Positions 18,700-28,114 of a stretch of DNA of 62,118 nt are shown here, piece by piece. Source of the DNA: a virus (taxonomy: Duplodnaviria > Caudoviricetes); IMG/VR virus record IMGVR_UViG_3300031902_000007, positions 1 to 62,118 of that record. One strand, given 5' to 3'. Every line of letters begins with the position of its first letter. Positions within the stretch are counted from its first letter, which is position 1. The translations under genes and the position numbers were made by a program. Below the pieces are notes generated by a model. The model made no database searches and was not told the origin of the DNA. It saw nothing but the letters and a program-made list of their open reading frames with translations.

Positions 18700-18899
18700 C
18701 ATTCCCCCGGGACTACACGCTGGCCGAGATCGACGCGATGCGGGACGCTTTGGTGAGCCGATTGACAGTCGAAGGCAACTTCCCGACTGCTACGTATATT
18801 GAAGAACGCCTCCGCACCTACATGATGGCTGGGGTCACCTTGGCCGATCTGCGCGGCGGGGTGGTGAAAGAGCCGGACATGTTCGGGGATGAGGGCTGA
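18696..18899 (+). CDS. Hypothetical protein
   Basis: ATGA overlap. Confidence 0.6.
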   Translation: MTFPRDYTLAEIDAMRDALVSRLTVEGNFPTATYIEERLRTYMMAGVTLADLRGGVVKEPDMFGDEG

Positions 18900-18902
18900 T
18901 AC

Positions 18903-21299
18903 ATGGCGGGTCGCGGCGAGGTCTTGGACGACGTAGAATACTCCGACGTGACCCAGCCGGACGCGGACGACTTCTTTACGAAGGACGGCACGAGCATCGA
19001 CAAGGACGATGACGACTGGAACTCGGAAAGCGACACGGCGACCGACGCCGACGATATCCAGGCTCGCCCAGTCTCCTCGCTCGGCCCGAAGGATCAATTC
19101 GCTATCTTGCAGCGCTGGTGGTATTCGGACGCGGACGCCTCGGCCACATGGCGCTCACAGGCAACGGACGACCTTGGGTTTATTGCCGGCGAGCAGTTGA
19201 CCGATGAGGACAAGGCGATCTTGGACGCGGCCCAGCGCCCGCACGTCGTGTTCAATCGCGTCCTGACGATCATCAAGGCCATCGCCGGCATGGAGATCAA
19301 CGGCCGGCACGAGATCGTATTCCTCCCAGAAGAGAACGACGACACGGTGACCAGCGAGGTTCTGTCTGGCGCTTCGAAATGGATGGGCCAGCGCTGCGAC
19401 GCGGAGGACGAGCAGAGCGAGGCGTTCCAGCAGTGCTGCATTACCGGAGTGGGGACGACGGAAAGCCGGTGGAGCTATAAGAAGAGTTCTAAGGGTGAGT
19501 ACATCGAGGAGATGTTCGATTGCCGGGAACTGTTCTGGGACCGGACCACGAAGAAAAAGAACATGGTGGACTCGCGGCGTAGGGCCAGAGTCCGCCGGAT
19601 GCCTCTTTCCGACGCGCTCCAGATGTTTCCCGGCAAGTCTCGCCGGCAACTCGATGCGAGCTGGGCCGATGCCGGGATCTATTACGACACCGGGCCGCGG
19701 TCGATCGAAGAGAAGCGCATTCGCGACGGCAAAAACTCGTATCTCGATTGGGACGACACCAACGAGGTTACGATCGTCTGCATGCAGTGGATCGAGAACG
19801 AGCCTTACTGGCTGGTCGCGGATGAGCAGACCCAGACCAAGGTCGAGATGACGGCGCGGGAATTTCGGCTTCTGAAGCGGCTGCGGAAGATGCAGGGCAA
19901 AGAGCCGCTGGACGGCGTCAGGATGACGCGCGAGGTGTTCAAGCAGGCCTTCCTTGGAAATGAGGTGCTTGGGCCAGTGAGCAAAGCGCCGCTCGGAAAT
20001 CAGTTTTCTTGGGCCGTGATCACGGGCGAGTTCGACGCCAAGAAGCGGCAATGGTACGGACTGACCCGGGTTGTTCGCGATCCGCAGATGTGGGCCAACA
20101 AGTTCATGGCTCAGGTCATGCACATCATGAATACGACGGCGAAGGGCGGCATCCTAGCCGAGCGCGATGCCTTCGACGACGAGCTTGAGGCGGAAGAGGG
20201 GTATGCTCTCCCCGATCAGATCACATGGCTCAAGAACGGCGCGCTGAGCGGGCATGCCCCGAAGCTGATGCCGAAACCTGGTGCCGGCGATGCGTCGGCC
20301 TATGTCGCGCTCCTGCAATATGCGGTGCAGGCTATCCCGCAGGTGACCGGGGTCAACTTCGAGCTGCTCGGACAGCAGGACGTGCAGAACCCGGGCGTGG
20401 TCGAGGCGATGCGCAAGCAGGCCGGCATGACGGTGCTTGCCACGATGTTCGATGCACTGCGGCGATATCGCAAGCTGCTGGGCCGGATCAGGCTGTGGGT
20501 CATCCAGAACCGGCTGAGCGATGGCCGTATCATCCGGATCGTCGGGCAGCAGTATACCGGTGCGGTGCGACTGGCCAAGGATCAGGTTGCCGGCGAATAT
20601 GACGTGGCGGTGGATGACGCGCCGACCTCGCCGAACCAGAAGGAAGCGAATTGGGCGATCATCGCTCAGGTCCTCCCGATGTTCAAAGACCAGCTTGTCC
20701 AGAATCCTGATTTGCTGGTGATGTGCCTCGAATATTCGCCGCTGCCGAGCCCGCTGATTGCCGGGTTCAAGCGAATCATGGCGCAAAAGACCAATGATCC
20801 GCAGGCGCAGAAGGACCAGCAGCAGGCGAAGGAATTGGCCGTCGCGAAGCTGTTGGCCGAGATCAGCAAGGACGATTCGATTGCGAACATGAACAACGCC
20901 AAGGCCGGGTCACAGCAGGGGACCGCGGCTTATGACTTGGCGATTGCTCAGAACATGCAGCATGACAATGCACTGCAGCGCGGTAAGCTCCTGATCGACG
21001 CCAAGAAAGCCGACGCGGATACGGTGCTGACGCATGCCAAGGCGGCTCGGGAGCTCGCTGGTATCCACCATGATGCGAGCGGTGCGGCGAACGATCGGGC
21101 CGGAACGGCGATTGATGCACTGAATGCGCGGACCAAGCACATCGAGGCGCAAGACAACATGCACACGAACCGGGTCGGCGCGCTGGCCGGTGCGCACCAT
21201 GATCTGGCCGCGGCGTTTCAGAAGCGGGTGGCCGGGATGATGCAGGCAAGGATGCCGATCGTGGACCCGAATCAGCAGCTGGGATCTGGCAATGGGTGA
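18903..21299 (+). CDS. Portal protein (P22-like, long C-terminal barrel)
   Basis: GFIAGEQ...RPHVVFNR, YGLTRVVRDPQMWANK, GEYDVAVD.APTSPNQK; position after TerL. Confidence 0.9.
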   Translation: MAGRGEVLDDVEYSDVTQPDADDFFTKDGTSIDKDDDDWNSESDTATDADDIQARPVSSLGPKDQFAILQRWWYSDADASATWRSQATDDLGFIAGEQLTDEDKAILDAAQRPHVVFNRVLTIIKAIAGMEINGRHEIVFLPEENDDTVTSEVLSGASKWMGQRCDAEDEQSEAFQQCCITGVGTTESRWSYKKSSKGEYIEEMFDCRELFWDRTTKKKNMVDSRRRARVRRMPLSDALQMFPGKSRRQLDASWADAGIYYDTGPRSIEEKRIRDGKNSYLDWDDTNEVTIVCMQWIENEPYWLVADEQTQTKVEMTAREFRLLKRLRKMQGKEPLDGVRMTREVFKQAFLGNEVLGPVSKAPLGNQFSWAVITGEFDAKKRQWYGLTRVVRDPQMWANKFMAQVMHIMNTTAKGGILAERDAFDDELEAEEGYALPDQITWLKNGALSGHAPKLMPKPGAGDASAYVALLQYAVQAIPQVTGVNFELLGQQDVQNPGVVEAMRKQAGMTVLATMFDALRRYRKLLGRIRLWVIQNRLSDGRIIRIVGQQYTGAVRLAKDQVAGEYDVAVDDAPTSPNQKEANWAIIAQVLPMFKDQLVQNPDLLVMCLEYSPLPSPLIAGFKRIMAQKTNDPQAQKDQQQAKELAVAKLLAEISKDDSIANMNNAKAGSQQGTAAYDLAIAQNMQHDNALQRGKLLIDAKKADADTVLTHAKAARELAGIHHDASGAANDRAGTAIDALNARTKHIEAQDNMHTNRVGALAGAHHDLAAAFQKRVAGMMQARMPIVDPNQQLGSGNG

Positions 21300-21480
21300 A
21301 CATGATCGATATCAAACGAGGCTTCGCAGCGCTGGTTTTAAAGAAGATGAGCCAATCGATGTGGATGCCTTATGGTTCGGTTCTACGGGAGTATGGGATA
21401 CCGTAGATAAATGCTGGGTGAGGCGTGTTCCAGATGGAAGGTGGGAGATGGAGCAAGTGAATAGGCCACCGCAAGAATGA
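21292..21480 (+). CDS. Small hypothetical protein (lower GC)
   Basis: Overlaps both neighbours. Confidence 0.5.
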   Translation: MGEHDRYQTRLRSAGFKEDEPIDVDALWFGSTGVWDTVDKCWVRRVPDGRWEMEQVNRPPQE

Positions 21481-21857
21481 TCCATCCTCATTCCGCACTG
21501 CTGCGCCACGCGCAAGACTTCTTTCGCTCCGACCTCTTGGGGCTCTACAGCTGGGATCGAGTGCAGATCACCAGCCCTGAGCTCGCCCCTCCGATCGCGG
21601 CGGAAGCCTCGTTGCGGGACCGGCGGGCGGCGCGAGACCGGCGCGAGGGGCGGTATCTCGGACAGGCGCGGCTGATCTTCGGCAATTGGGAAATCCTGAT
21701 CTACTCGCCGAACGAGAGGCCGCCTCTCGGGGAAGTCGTGCTGCGGCCGAATGAGATCGGCGGCGCGGTGCTGGTGTCGGGCCCGATCGACGCCGCGACA
21801 TGGGCCGAGATCGGGCAGAAGATCAGGAAAGAGGCCAAGATGAGGTTTTTGGGCTGA
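21477..21857 (+). CDS. Hypothetical protein
   Basis: ATGA and TGATG coupling. Confidence 0.65.
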   Translation: MIHPHSALLRHAQDFFRSDLLGLYSWDRVQITSPELAPPIAAEASLRDRRAARDRREGRYLGQARLIFGNWEILIYSPNERPPLGEVVLRPNEIGGAVLVSGPIDAATWAEIGQKIRKEAKMRFLG

Positions 21858-22963
21858 TGTTCTGGCTCGGCCTCCTCCTGCCGCTCGCATTCATTCCCGG
21901 CTACACCGGGGTATCGATCCCTACGCAATGGGCGGTGCTATCGGTGGCGCTGCTGCCGGCGCTGTGGCACCATTCCGACCTGAGGGCCGTCCACTGGCTC
22001 GGGTTGGCGTTCCTGGGGTTCGCTGCGGTCAGCCTATTGTGGTCGCCGGATTTCGGGTTCGGCCTCTGGATTGCTGCGATCTGGGGCCTATCGTTCTGGT
22101 ACGGCTGGACGTCATATGGCTTTCTACCGCTGTGGAAGGGGCTCGCGGTCGGGCTCTGGATCAATTCCGCCGTCGCGATATTCCAAGCCATGGGCTATGC
22201 GCCGGTGCTGATCAACGGCCCGATGCCGGCCGGGCTGATGTTCAATTCCGCGGTGCTGTCGGCCTGTGGCGCGCTGGTCGCGGTGGCCCTGATCTGCCAT
22301 GCCCAATGGCACTATCTGCCGGGGCTTTATCCGGCCCTGTGGCTGGGACACTCCCGCGGCGCATGGGCCGTGATTATGCTGGCCGTCGTCGCGAAATACC
22401 TGCATTGGTCGGCCGCGGTCGGCCTGATGGCGGTCGGCGGGGTGGTGCTCTATCTCGACCATGGACAATCGGATTTCGTCCGGCTGCAATTCTGGGATAT
22501 GGCGCTGCACAACCTCACATGGTTCGGGAACGGGGCGGGATCGTTCAATTCGATCTATACGTGGTATAACGGGGCCGCGTTCCACCCGGAGAACGTCCAC
22601 AATGACTACCTCCAGCTTATTTACGAATTTGGCGTCGTCGGGCTGGTGCCGATCGGGATTGTCTTGGCTGCGCTCATGGGGACCAAAGCCAAGGACTGGC
22701 CGGTCCTCTTCGCCTTCGGAGCGACGGGGTTGTTTTACTTCCCGCTCTGGACCGCGATACCGTCATTCATGGGCTGCGCTGTTGCGGGCCATATTCTGCG
22801 CTATTATGGTCCTGACTTCAGTGTGTTGCGTCGCTGGGGATCTTATCTCGTACCGCGGGGCGATGACTGGGAATGGATCACTTGTGCGGCTTGGGGCCGC
22901 GATATTCCCGATTTCGAGGGAATTACGGACAAGGCAATGAAGGAAAAGGCATCACATGGTTAA
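21857..22963 (+). CDS. O-antigen ligase / O-oligosaccharyltransferase-like polytopic membrane protein (Wzy_C family)
   Basis: About ten hydrophobic segments; HSRGAW, RLQFW..A, FGNGAGSF and HNDYLQLIYEFGVVG motifs. Confidence 0.85.
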   Translation: MFWLGLLLPLAFIPGYTGVSIPTQWAVLSVALLPALWHHSDLRAVHWLGLAFLGFAAVSLLWSPDFGFGLWIAAIWGLSFWYGWTSYGFLPLWKGLAVGLWINSAVAIFQAMGYAPVLINGPMPAGLMFNSAVLSACGALVAVALICHAQWHYLPGLYPALWLGHSRGAWAVIMLAVVAKYLHWSAAVGLMAVGGVVLYLDHGQSDFVRLQFWDMALHNLTWFGNGAGSFNSIYTWYNGAAFHPENVHNDYLQLIYEFGVVGLVPIGIVLAALMGTKAKDWPVLFAFGATGLFYFPLWTAIPSFMGCAVAGHILRYYGPDFSVLRRWGSYLVPRGDDWEWITCAAWGRDIPDFEGITDKAMKEKASHG

Positions 22964-24176
22964 CCCTGAAGCGGTTGGCGACGTCGACGAGGGCACGCAG
23001 TCCGATCTTGACATTGGCGGGATGACTGCCGAGGAGCAAGCGACGTGGGACGCGATGAAAGCGGGGCGAGACGTTCCGCAACCGGATGGGGGCGGCGATG
23101 CTGACACTGGCGAAGGCGATGGGGATAGCGGCGGCGATTCTGCTGGCGACGGCGATGGCGGTGACCCTGACCCTCTGGTGGCTGGCGGCGATCACAAGGA
23201 TGACGCTGCAGGCGGCGAAAAGCGCGTCCCGCCCAAGACCATAAGTTACGGGAAATACCAGCGCGAGCGGAAGAAGCAGGAGGAGGCGGCCGCGGCGCTA
23301 CAAGCCCGGCTTGATGGTGCCCTGGCTGAAACCGCGAAGGAGCGGGAGCAGCGGACGCGGCTCGACGAACGCACGAAGATGCTGCTCGACGCCATTTCGG
23401 TGAAGCAGCCGGCTGCGGTTGAAAAGCCGGCTACTGAGACCGACCCGGAGCCTGACGGCGAAGACGACCCGATCGCGCATGCGGCGTGGACCTCGCGCGA
23501 GCTGAAGCGGACGCAACAAACCATCAAGGCCATTCAGGACGGCACGCAGAAGCGAGAAACGCAGACCGCTGCGGAGCAGGAAGAACGGCAGGTTTACGAC
23601 ACATACGAAAACGACCTGAAGCGTGAGGCGACGGCCGATCCCGCATTTGCTCAGGCCTTCGTGCATCTTCGGGAATCCCGCTATACCGAGCTGGGCTATA
23701 TCTATGCTGGTATCGACATCAACGATAAGGCGGCGGTCGATGCGGCGTTGACGCCTGAGCAGCAGGGCCAGCTTGCGCAGAACATTCAGCGGTCGTTCCA
23801 CCAAGAGCAGATGCTTGTTGCCCGGGAAGCGCTGAGCAAGGGCAAGTCACCGGCCAAGGTGGTTGCCAATCTGGCGCGGGCCCGGGGCTGGAAGCCTGAG
23901 GTGGCCGTGGTCCCGGCCAAGACCAACGGGAATGGGAACGGTGCAGCGCCGCCGGCCCGGCAGGCTGCTCCGGGCAAGCCAACGGTGAGCGAGGAGCTTG
24001 CGGCCATCCGCGAGGGGCAGGCCAATTCCAAGTCACTGTCGGATGCCGGCGGCTCGCCTGGCGGGGACATCACGCCGGAGCGGCTGGCGACGATGAGCGA
24101 TGACGAGTTCGAGGAGTTCTACAACTCCATGCCGAAAAACAAGCTCGACAAGATGATGGGCAAGACGCTGCAATAA
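22956..24176 (+). CDS. Capsid scaffolding protein
   Basis: Acidic disordered N-terminus, coiled coils, LATMSDDEFEE C-terminus; between portal and capsid. Confidence 0.8.
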   Translation: MVNPEAVGDVDEGTQSDLDIGGMTAEEQATWDAMKAGRDVPQPDGGGDADTGEGDGDSGGDSAGDGDGGDPDPLVAGGDHKDDAAGGEKRVPPKTISYGKYQRERKKQEEAAAALQARLDGALAETAKEREQRTRLDERTKMLLDAISVKQPAAVEKPATETDPEPDGEDDPIAHAAWTSRELKRTQQTIKAIQDGTQKRETQTAAEQEERQVYDTYENDLKREATADPAFAQAFVHLRESRYTELGYIYAGIDINDKAAVDAALTPEQQGQLAQNIQRSFHQEQMLVAREALSKGKSPAKVVANLARARGWKPEVAVVPAKTNGNGNGAAPPARQAAPGKPTVSEELAAIREGQANSKSLSDAGGSPGGDITPERLATMSDDEFEEFYNSMPKNKLDKMMGKTLQ

Positions 24177-24376
24177 TTTCGAGTTACCGGGGCGGAGATC
24201 CTCGGTCGGTGAGCAAGGGCGTCGATCGCGCGCAGAAGAAAGATTGCCTCCAGGTTCCGCTAACCCGGTTCGGTCATATCGCTGGTCAAGGCAATCGACC
24301 CTTGCATTGGAACATAAGATCAGGCTTACCGTTGTGAGATGAGCCTAGATGGCTCTTGAACCCGGAGGGGAAAGTT

Positions 24377-25003
24377 ATGAGCGAGCAGAAAGCAGACCCG
24401 CGACCGATGGATGACGCGAAGCTGGCGCTGATCGCGCGGCTTTCTCCGGATATGGCGCCAGTCGTGGCCGCGCTGTCCTATCCGCCGGAGGACGATATCC
24501 CGGCTGAGTTTCCGCCTCATTCCTCGGCCTTCGAGACACTGAGCGCGACGCATCCGGTTCTGGCGTCGGCGATCAGCGTTTATGTCAATTCCGAGGTGCA
24601 TCACGGGGAATCGCTGATGAAGCTGGTCGAGGACGCGAGCCGAGCGATGTTCGGGCTGGCGCCGATGACCGATGCGGAGGAACGGGCGTGGATGCACCGT
24701 CACGACGCCAAGCCGGCGCCAGTGGCTCAGGACCCGAAGAACGGACCGACGATCGCGGAATGGGTTGGCCAAGGTTATACGGCGAGTTCGTATCCACCGG
24801 CGGGCTACGAGCCCCGAAGCACGCCAGCCGAGATTGAAGCGGCGGTGAATGCTGAGAAAGAGCACGACGACAAGGTGAAAGCCGCGAAGGATCGCGAATT
24901 CAAGCTGGCCAACGAGCCGATCGCTGACCCGGTGCTTTCCGATCCGTCTCCATCGGAAATTTACGCCAACCCGGAACACGATCCGGCTGAGCATCAGTTC
25001 TGA
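24377..25003 (+). CDS. Hypothetical head-module protein
   Basis: GGAGG RBS; GPTIAEWV..GY..SSYPP.GY motif. Confidence 0.7.
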   Translation: MSEQKADPRPMDDAKLALIARLSPDMAPVVAALSYPPEDDIPAEFPPHSSAFETLSATHPVLASAISVYVNSEVHHGESLMKLVEDASRAMFGLAPMTDAEERAWMHRHDAKPAPVAQDPKNGPTIAEWVGQGYTASSYPPAGYEPRSTPAEIEAAVNAEKEHDDKVKAAKDREFKLANEPIADPVLSDPSPSEIYANPEHDPAEHQF

Positions 25004-25089
25004 ACCGTCGCCGATCCTTCAAGCTTGCGGTTCCGGTCGAACTCAGCTACGGCTGGTTCCGTTGAAGTGTTTCCTCCCTGCTGTAGACT

Positions 25090-25116
25090 GCCCGGGCTTG
25101 TCCCGGGCGTTTTTTT
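25090..25116 (+). terminator. Intrinsic terminator
   Basis: GCCCGGG-CTTGT-CCCGGGC followed by T7. Confidence 0.85.
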
Positions 25117-25122
25117 GACCAT

Positions 25123-25198
25123 CGCGGGATAGCCAAGTGGTTAAGGCATCCGGCCCATAACCGGAAGATCAGCGGTTCGATTCCGCTTCCCGCAACCA
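25123..25198 (+). tRNA. tRNA-Met(CAT), initiator-like
   Basis: 76-nt cloverleaf; C1:A72 mismatch; anticodon arm TCCGG-CCCATAA-CCGGA; GGTTCGATTCC T arm; encoded CCA. Confidence 0.9.
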
Positions 25199-25201
25199 CT
25201 C

Positions 25202-25230
25202 TTGACGACACAATATTTCGCCTCTATAGG
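25202..25230 (+). promoter_or_regulatory. Putative promoter for the capsid gene
   Basis: TTGACG-17 bp-TATAGG. Confidence 0.55.
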
Positions 25231-25413
25231 TGGAACACGGTCGCTGTTCCCCGATAAGCGGACAGCACCGAGGCCAACCCTCGTAAAGTGGTTGGATGTT
25301 TGCCGGGTCAGCAAAACCCGGTCTAGCCGCCCCGGCTGAAACAATCGGCGCACCCCCAAACCGTTGAAACCCGGCGACCTCCTTCGAGGTCCCCCGATTC
25401 GCAGGGTGTAGCA

Positions 25414-26532
25414 ATGTCCACCACTAGCTATCCGCAAAATGACGCCCTTGCGGTAAAACTCTGGGCCCGGGTTCTTGAGACGGAGGCGTTGAAGTATACC
25501 GCCATCCGCCCCCTCATCGGCAGCGACGAAAATTCGGTCATCCATCTGCAGACGGCCCTCTCCAAGGGGCCAGGTGACCAGATCACCTATGCGATCGTGA
25601 TGCAGTTGGCTCAGGCCGGTTTCACCGAGAACCAGCTCGCCGAGGGCAACGGCGAAACGCTGACGACCTATTCCGACGCCCTCCTGATCAACGAGCTGAT
25701 GGGTGTCGTTGGCGTCAAATCGCGCCGCACGATCGATCAGCAGCGCATTCCCTGGGATCTGCGCGACACGGCCAAGGGCCGGCTGCGCGACTGGTACGCC
25801 AAGCGCTACTCGACCGCATTCTTCAATCAGGTCTGCGGCTACACCCCGGCAACGGATGTGCGCCTGACGGGACTGAACGGCGTCCTGGCGCCAAGCTCGA
25901 CGCGGGTCATTCGCCAGTCGGGCCGCGCCTCCGACGACCTGCTGACCTCGGCCGACACCTTCACGCTCGGCCTGATCGACGCTGCGAAGGAAGCCGCGAT
26001 CACCGCAACCCCGCAAATCCGCCCGGTCCAGTACAAGGGCCAGTCGATGCGCGAAGGCGGCCGGTCTGACTTCAACAACACGCTGGAGGACATGTACTGC
26101 ATGTACCTCCATCCGTATCAGGTCACCTCGATGCGGCGCAACACTTCCACCGGTCAGTGGCAGGACCTGCAGAAGGCCGCATACATGGGCCTGCGGCAGA
26201 CCGGAAACCCGATTTTCTCGGGCGCGATCGGCATCTACAACGGCGTGATCATGCGCTCGGCCTTCGACGTCACCAACGGCGTTTCCGCGGTGGACGGCTC
26301 GGCGGTGACCACGGTCAAGCGCGCGGTACTGTTGGGCGCTCAGGCGGCCATGATGGGCTTCGGGCAGGACAACGGCCCGACCAAGCTGACGTGGAACGAG
26401 GAGCTGTTTGATCACAAGCGGCGGCTCGAAATCTCGGCTCTGACCATTCATGGTCTCAAAAAGACCCGGTACAACTCGGTTGATTACGGCACGATCGTCG
26501 TCTCGACCTATGCCGCCGCGTCGGCGTTCTAA
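25414..26532 (+). CDS. Major capsid protein, N4-gp56/DUF4043 family
   Basis: AVKLWA, LSKGPGDQIT, EGNGETL, YLHPYQVTSMR, PIFSGAIGIYNGV, RAVLLGAQA, GLKKTRY. Confidence 0.93.
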   Translation: MSTTSYPQNDALAVKLWARVLETEALKYTAIRPLIGSDENSVIHLQTALSKGPGDQITYAIVMQLAQAGFTENQLAEGNGETLTTYSDALLINELMGVVGVKSRRTIDQQRIPWDLRDTAKGRLRDWYAKRYSTAFFNQVCGYTPATDVRLTGLNGVLAPSSTRVIRQSGRASDDLLTSADTFTLGLIDAAKEAAITATPQIRPVQYKGQSMREGGRSDFNNTLEDMYCMYLHPYQVTSMRRNTSTGQWQDLQKAAYMGLRQTGNPIFSGAIGIYNGVIMRSAFDVTNGVSAVDGSAVTTVKRAVLLGAQAAMMGFGQDNGPTKLTWNEELFDHKRRLEISALTIHGLKKTRYNSVDYGTIVVSTYAAASAF

Positions 26533-26546
26533 GGGGAGATGGACCA

Positions 26547-26969
26547 ATGACCACTGGCACTCTCGGAACCAATGCGCGGCAAGATCCGCGTCAGGTATCG
26601 AACACCCTCAAGAAGACGGTGAACTTCAACGATACCGGCATCGCGGCCGGCGTCGCCTTCGATAACCCGCTACCGCAGGGTGCGTTCATCCTGGGGGTGT
26701 GGGTCGAAATCGTGACCGCGTTCAACGCGGTGACGACCAACGTTCTGACGGTCGGGACCATCAACACGCCACCGTACAACAACATCGTCGCGGCGGCGGA
26801 TGTCAATGAGGCGGTTACCGGCGTCACGACCGTGCCGCGCGCGCTCGGCCGGTCCCTGACCGCTGCCGGCGATGTCCTTCCTGTTGCCCAATATACTCAG
26901 ACCGGTACGGCTGCCACGACGGGGCAGGCCATCATCGTGATCGAGTATGAAGGCGGCTGGGCCAGCTAA
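26547..26969 (+). CDS. Capsid cement/decoration protein
   Basis: LPQGAFI...VTAFNA...LTVG...TTGQAIIVIEY; directly after the capsid gene. Confidence 0.7.
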   Translation: MTTGTLGTNARQDPRQVSNTLKKTVNFNDTGIAAGVAFDNPLPQGAFILGVWVEIVTAFNAVTTNVLTVGTINTPPYNNIVAAADVNEAVTGVTTVPRALGRSLTAAGDVLPVAQYTQTGTAATTGQAIIVIEYEGGWAS

Positions 26970-26975
26970 GGGAGA

Positions 26976-27347
26976 ATGAACATGAATATCGGAAAGAAGC
27001 TCCTCGCCGGCGTCGGCATTCTCTCTCTGCTCGCGGGGGCTGCAAGCGCGTTCACGACCACGATCGATCGCATCAACCCCGGCACGTCCATCCCGGTCGT
27101 TACGTCGTGCGGCACCTCGCCTGCCATCACCGGCGCCGACCTAGCCGGTAGCGTCACGGTTGGCACAGCGTCGCCGACGTCTTGCACGCTGACGTTCAGC
27201 GCGGCCTTCTCGGCCACGCCGTTCTGCGTGGTGGGGTCGAACCCTCAGCTAGCCGCGTTCTCATGGACGATCTCGACGACGGCGATCGTGATTACCCAGA
27301 CCGGAACGGCGAGCAACAAAATAACTTGGGTGTGCATGGGCTCGTGA
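26976..27347 (+). CDS. Signal-peptide-bearing Ser/Thr-rich putative head fibre/decoration protein
   Basis: MNIGKKLLAGVGILSLLAGAASA/F signal; 4 Cys; TLTFSAAF..TPFCVV lectin-like strand pattern. Confidence 0.7.
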   Translation: MNMNIGKKLLAGVGILSLLAGAASAFTTTIDRINPGTSIPVVTSCGTSPAITGADLAGSVTVGTASPTSCTLTFSAAFSATPFCVVGSNPQLAAFSWTISTTAIVITQTGTASNKITWVCMGS

Positions 27348-27397
27348 TTTGTGGCGGCGGCCTTCGGGCCGTCGTTTCCTCTTCTGGGAGATTGAGA

Positions 27398-27598
27398 ATG
27401 AGCAAGGGGACGATCAGAACCCGCCGCTACGGCCAAGGCGACATGAACGGAGTTTCTCGCGGCGTGAGCACGATGGGAAGCGCTGCAATGCGAAGCTCGC
27501 GCAACAACGATTATGATTCCGACGACATGCCGGCGCGGCGCGTCGCAACGCCTCAGAAGCCGATGCGAAAGCCGATGCGGCCATTGAAGGACAGGTGA
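27398..27598 (+). CDS. Small basic Arg/Met-rich protein
   Basis: GGGAG RBS; follows a GNRA/UUCG-type hairpin (GGCC-TTCG-GGCC). Confidence 0.55.
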   Translation: MSKGTIRTRRYGQGDMNGVSRGVSTMGSAAMRSSRNNDYDSDDMPARRVATPQKPMRKPMRPLKDR

Positions 27599-27599
27599 C

Positions 27600-28091
27600 A
27601 TGAAGCGGTTCATTCTTGCGGCGATCGGCCTCATCGGCCTTTTTGGTCTCGCCCATGCCGTCAATCTGACCGGCACGAACAACGCCAGCGAGTCGCAGGT
27701 CCTCAAGGGCGGCTTCTTCCGGATGTCGAACGCGAATGCTATCACGGCGCTTGCGGGTGGGGCTCAGGCCGGGGCGACGCCTCTGGTCAACGGTTACAAC
27801 CGGATCGTCACGGTGGCGAGCGCGAACGATAGCGTGCTGCTGCCGCCCTGCGTGAACGGGGTTGCTGGGGACGTCGGTGCCGGCGGCTACGGCAACACTG
27901 ACGGCATGTTCGTGATCGTCACCAACTCGCATGCGACGAACGCGGTCAACGTCTATGCTCAGGGCGCCACGCAGTCGATCAATGCAGTTGCGGCGTCATC
28001 GGCGTTTTCGCTGGCGGCGACCAAGACCGCGATGTTCATCTGTTCGGCCGCCGCAACCGGCATCTGGCATACGCTCCCGACGATTCCGTAA
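27600..28091 (+). CDS. Signal-peptide-bearing putative virion protein
   Basis: MKRFILAAIGLIGLFGLAHA/V signal; ITALAGGAQAGAT...VTVASANDSVLLP; 2 Cys. Confidence 0.7.
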   Translation: MKRFILAAIGLIGLFGLAHAVNLTGTNNASESQVLKGGFFRMSNANAITALAGGAQAGATPLVNGYNRIVTVASANDSVLLPPCVNGVAGDVGAGGYGNTDGMFVIVTNSHATNAVNVYAQGATQSINAVAASSAFSLAATKTAMFICSAAATGIWHTLPTIP

Positions 28092-28114
28092 CTTCGTGAA
28101 GGTGGCGCTGCATC

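Noticed and set aside
25123-25198. tRNA as a prophage attachment site
   Set aside because: Lies mid late operon, no second copy of its 3' end and no integrase seen
25141-26547. Long antisense ORFs over capsid, terminase, portal and dnaB
   Set aside because: Typical high-GC shadow ORFs with no motifs, opposite well-supported genes
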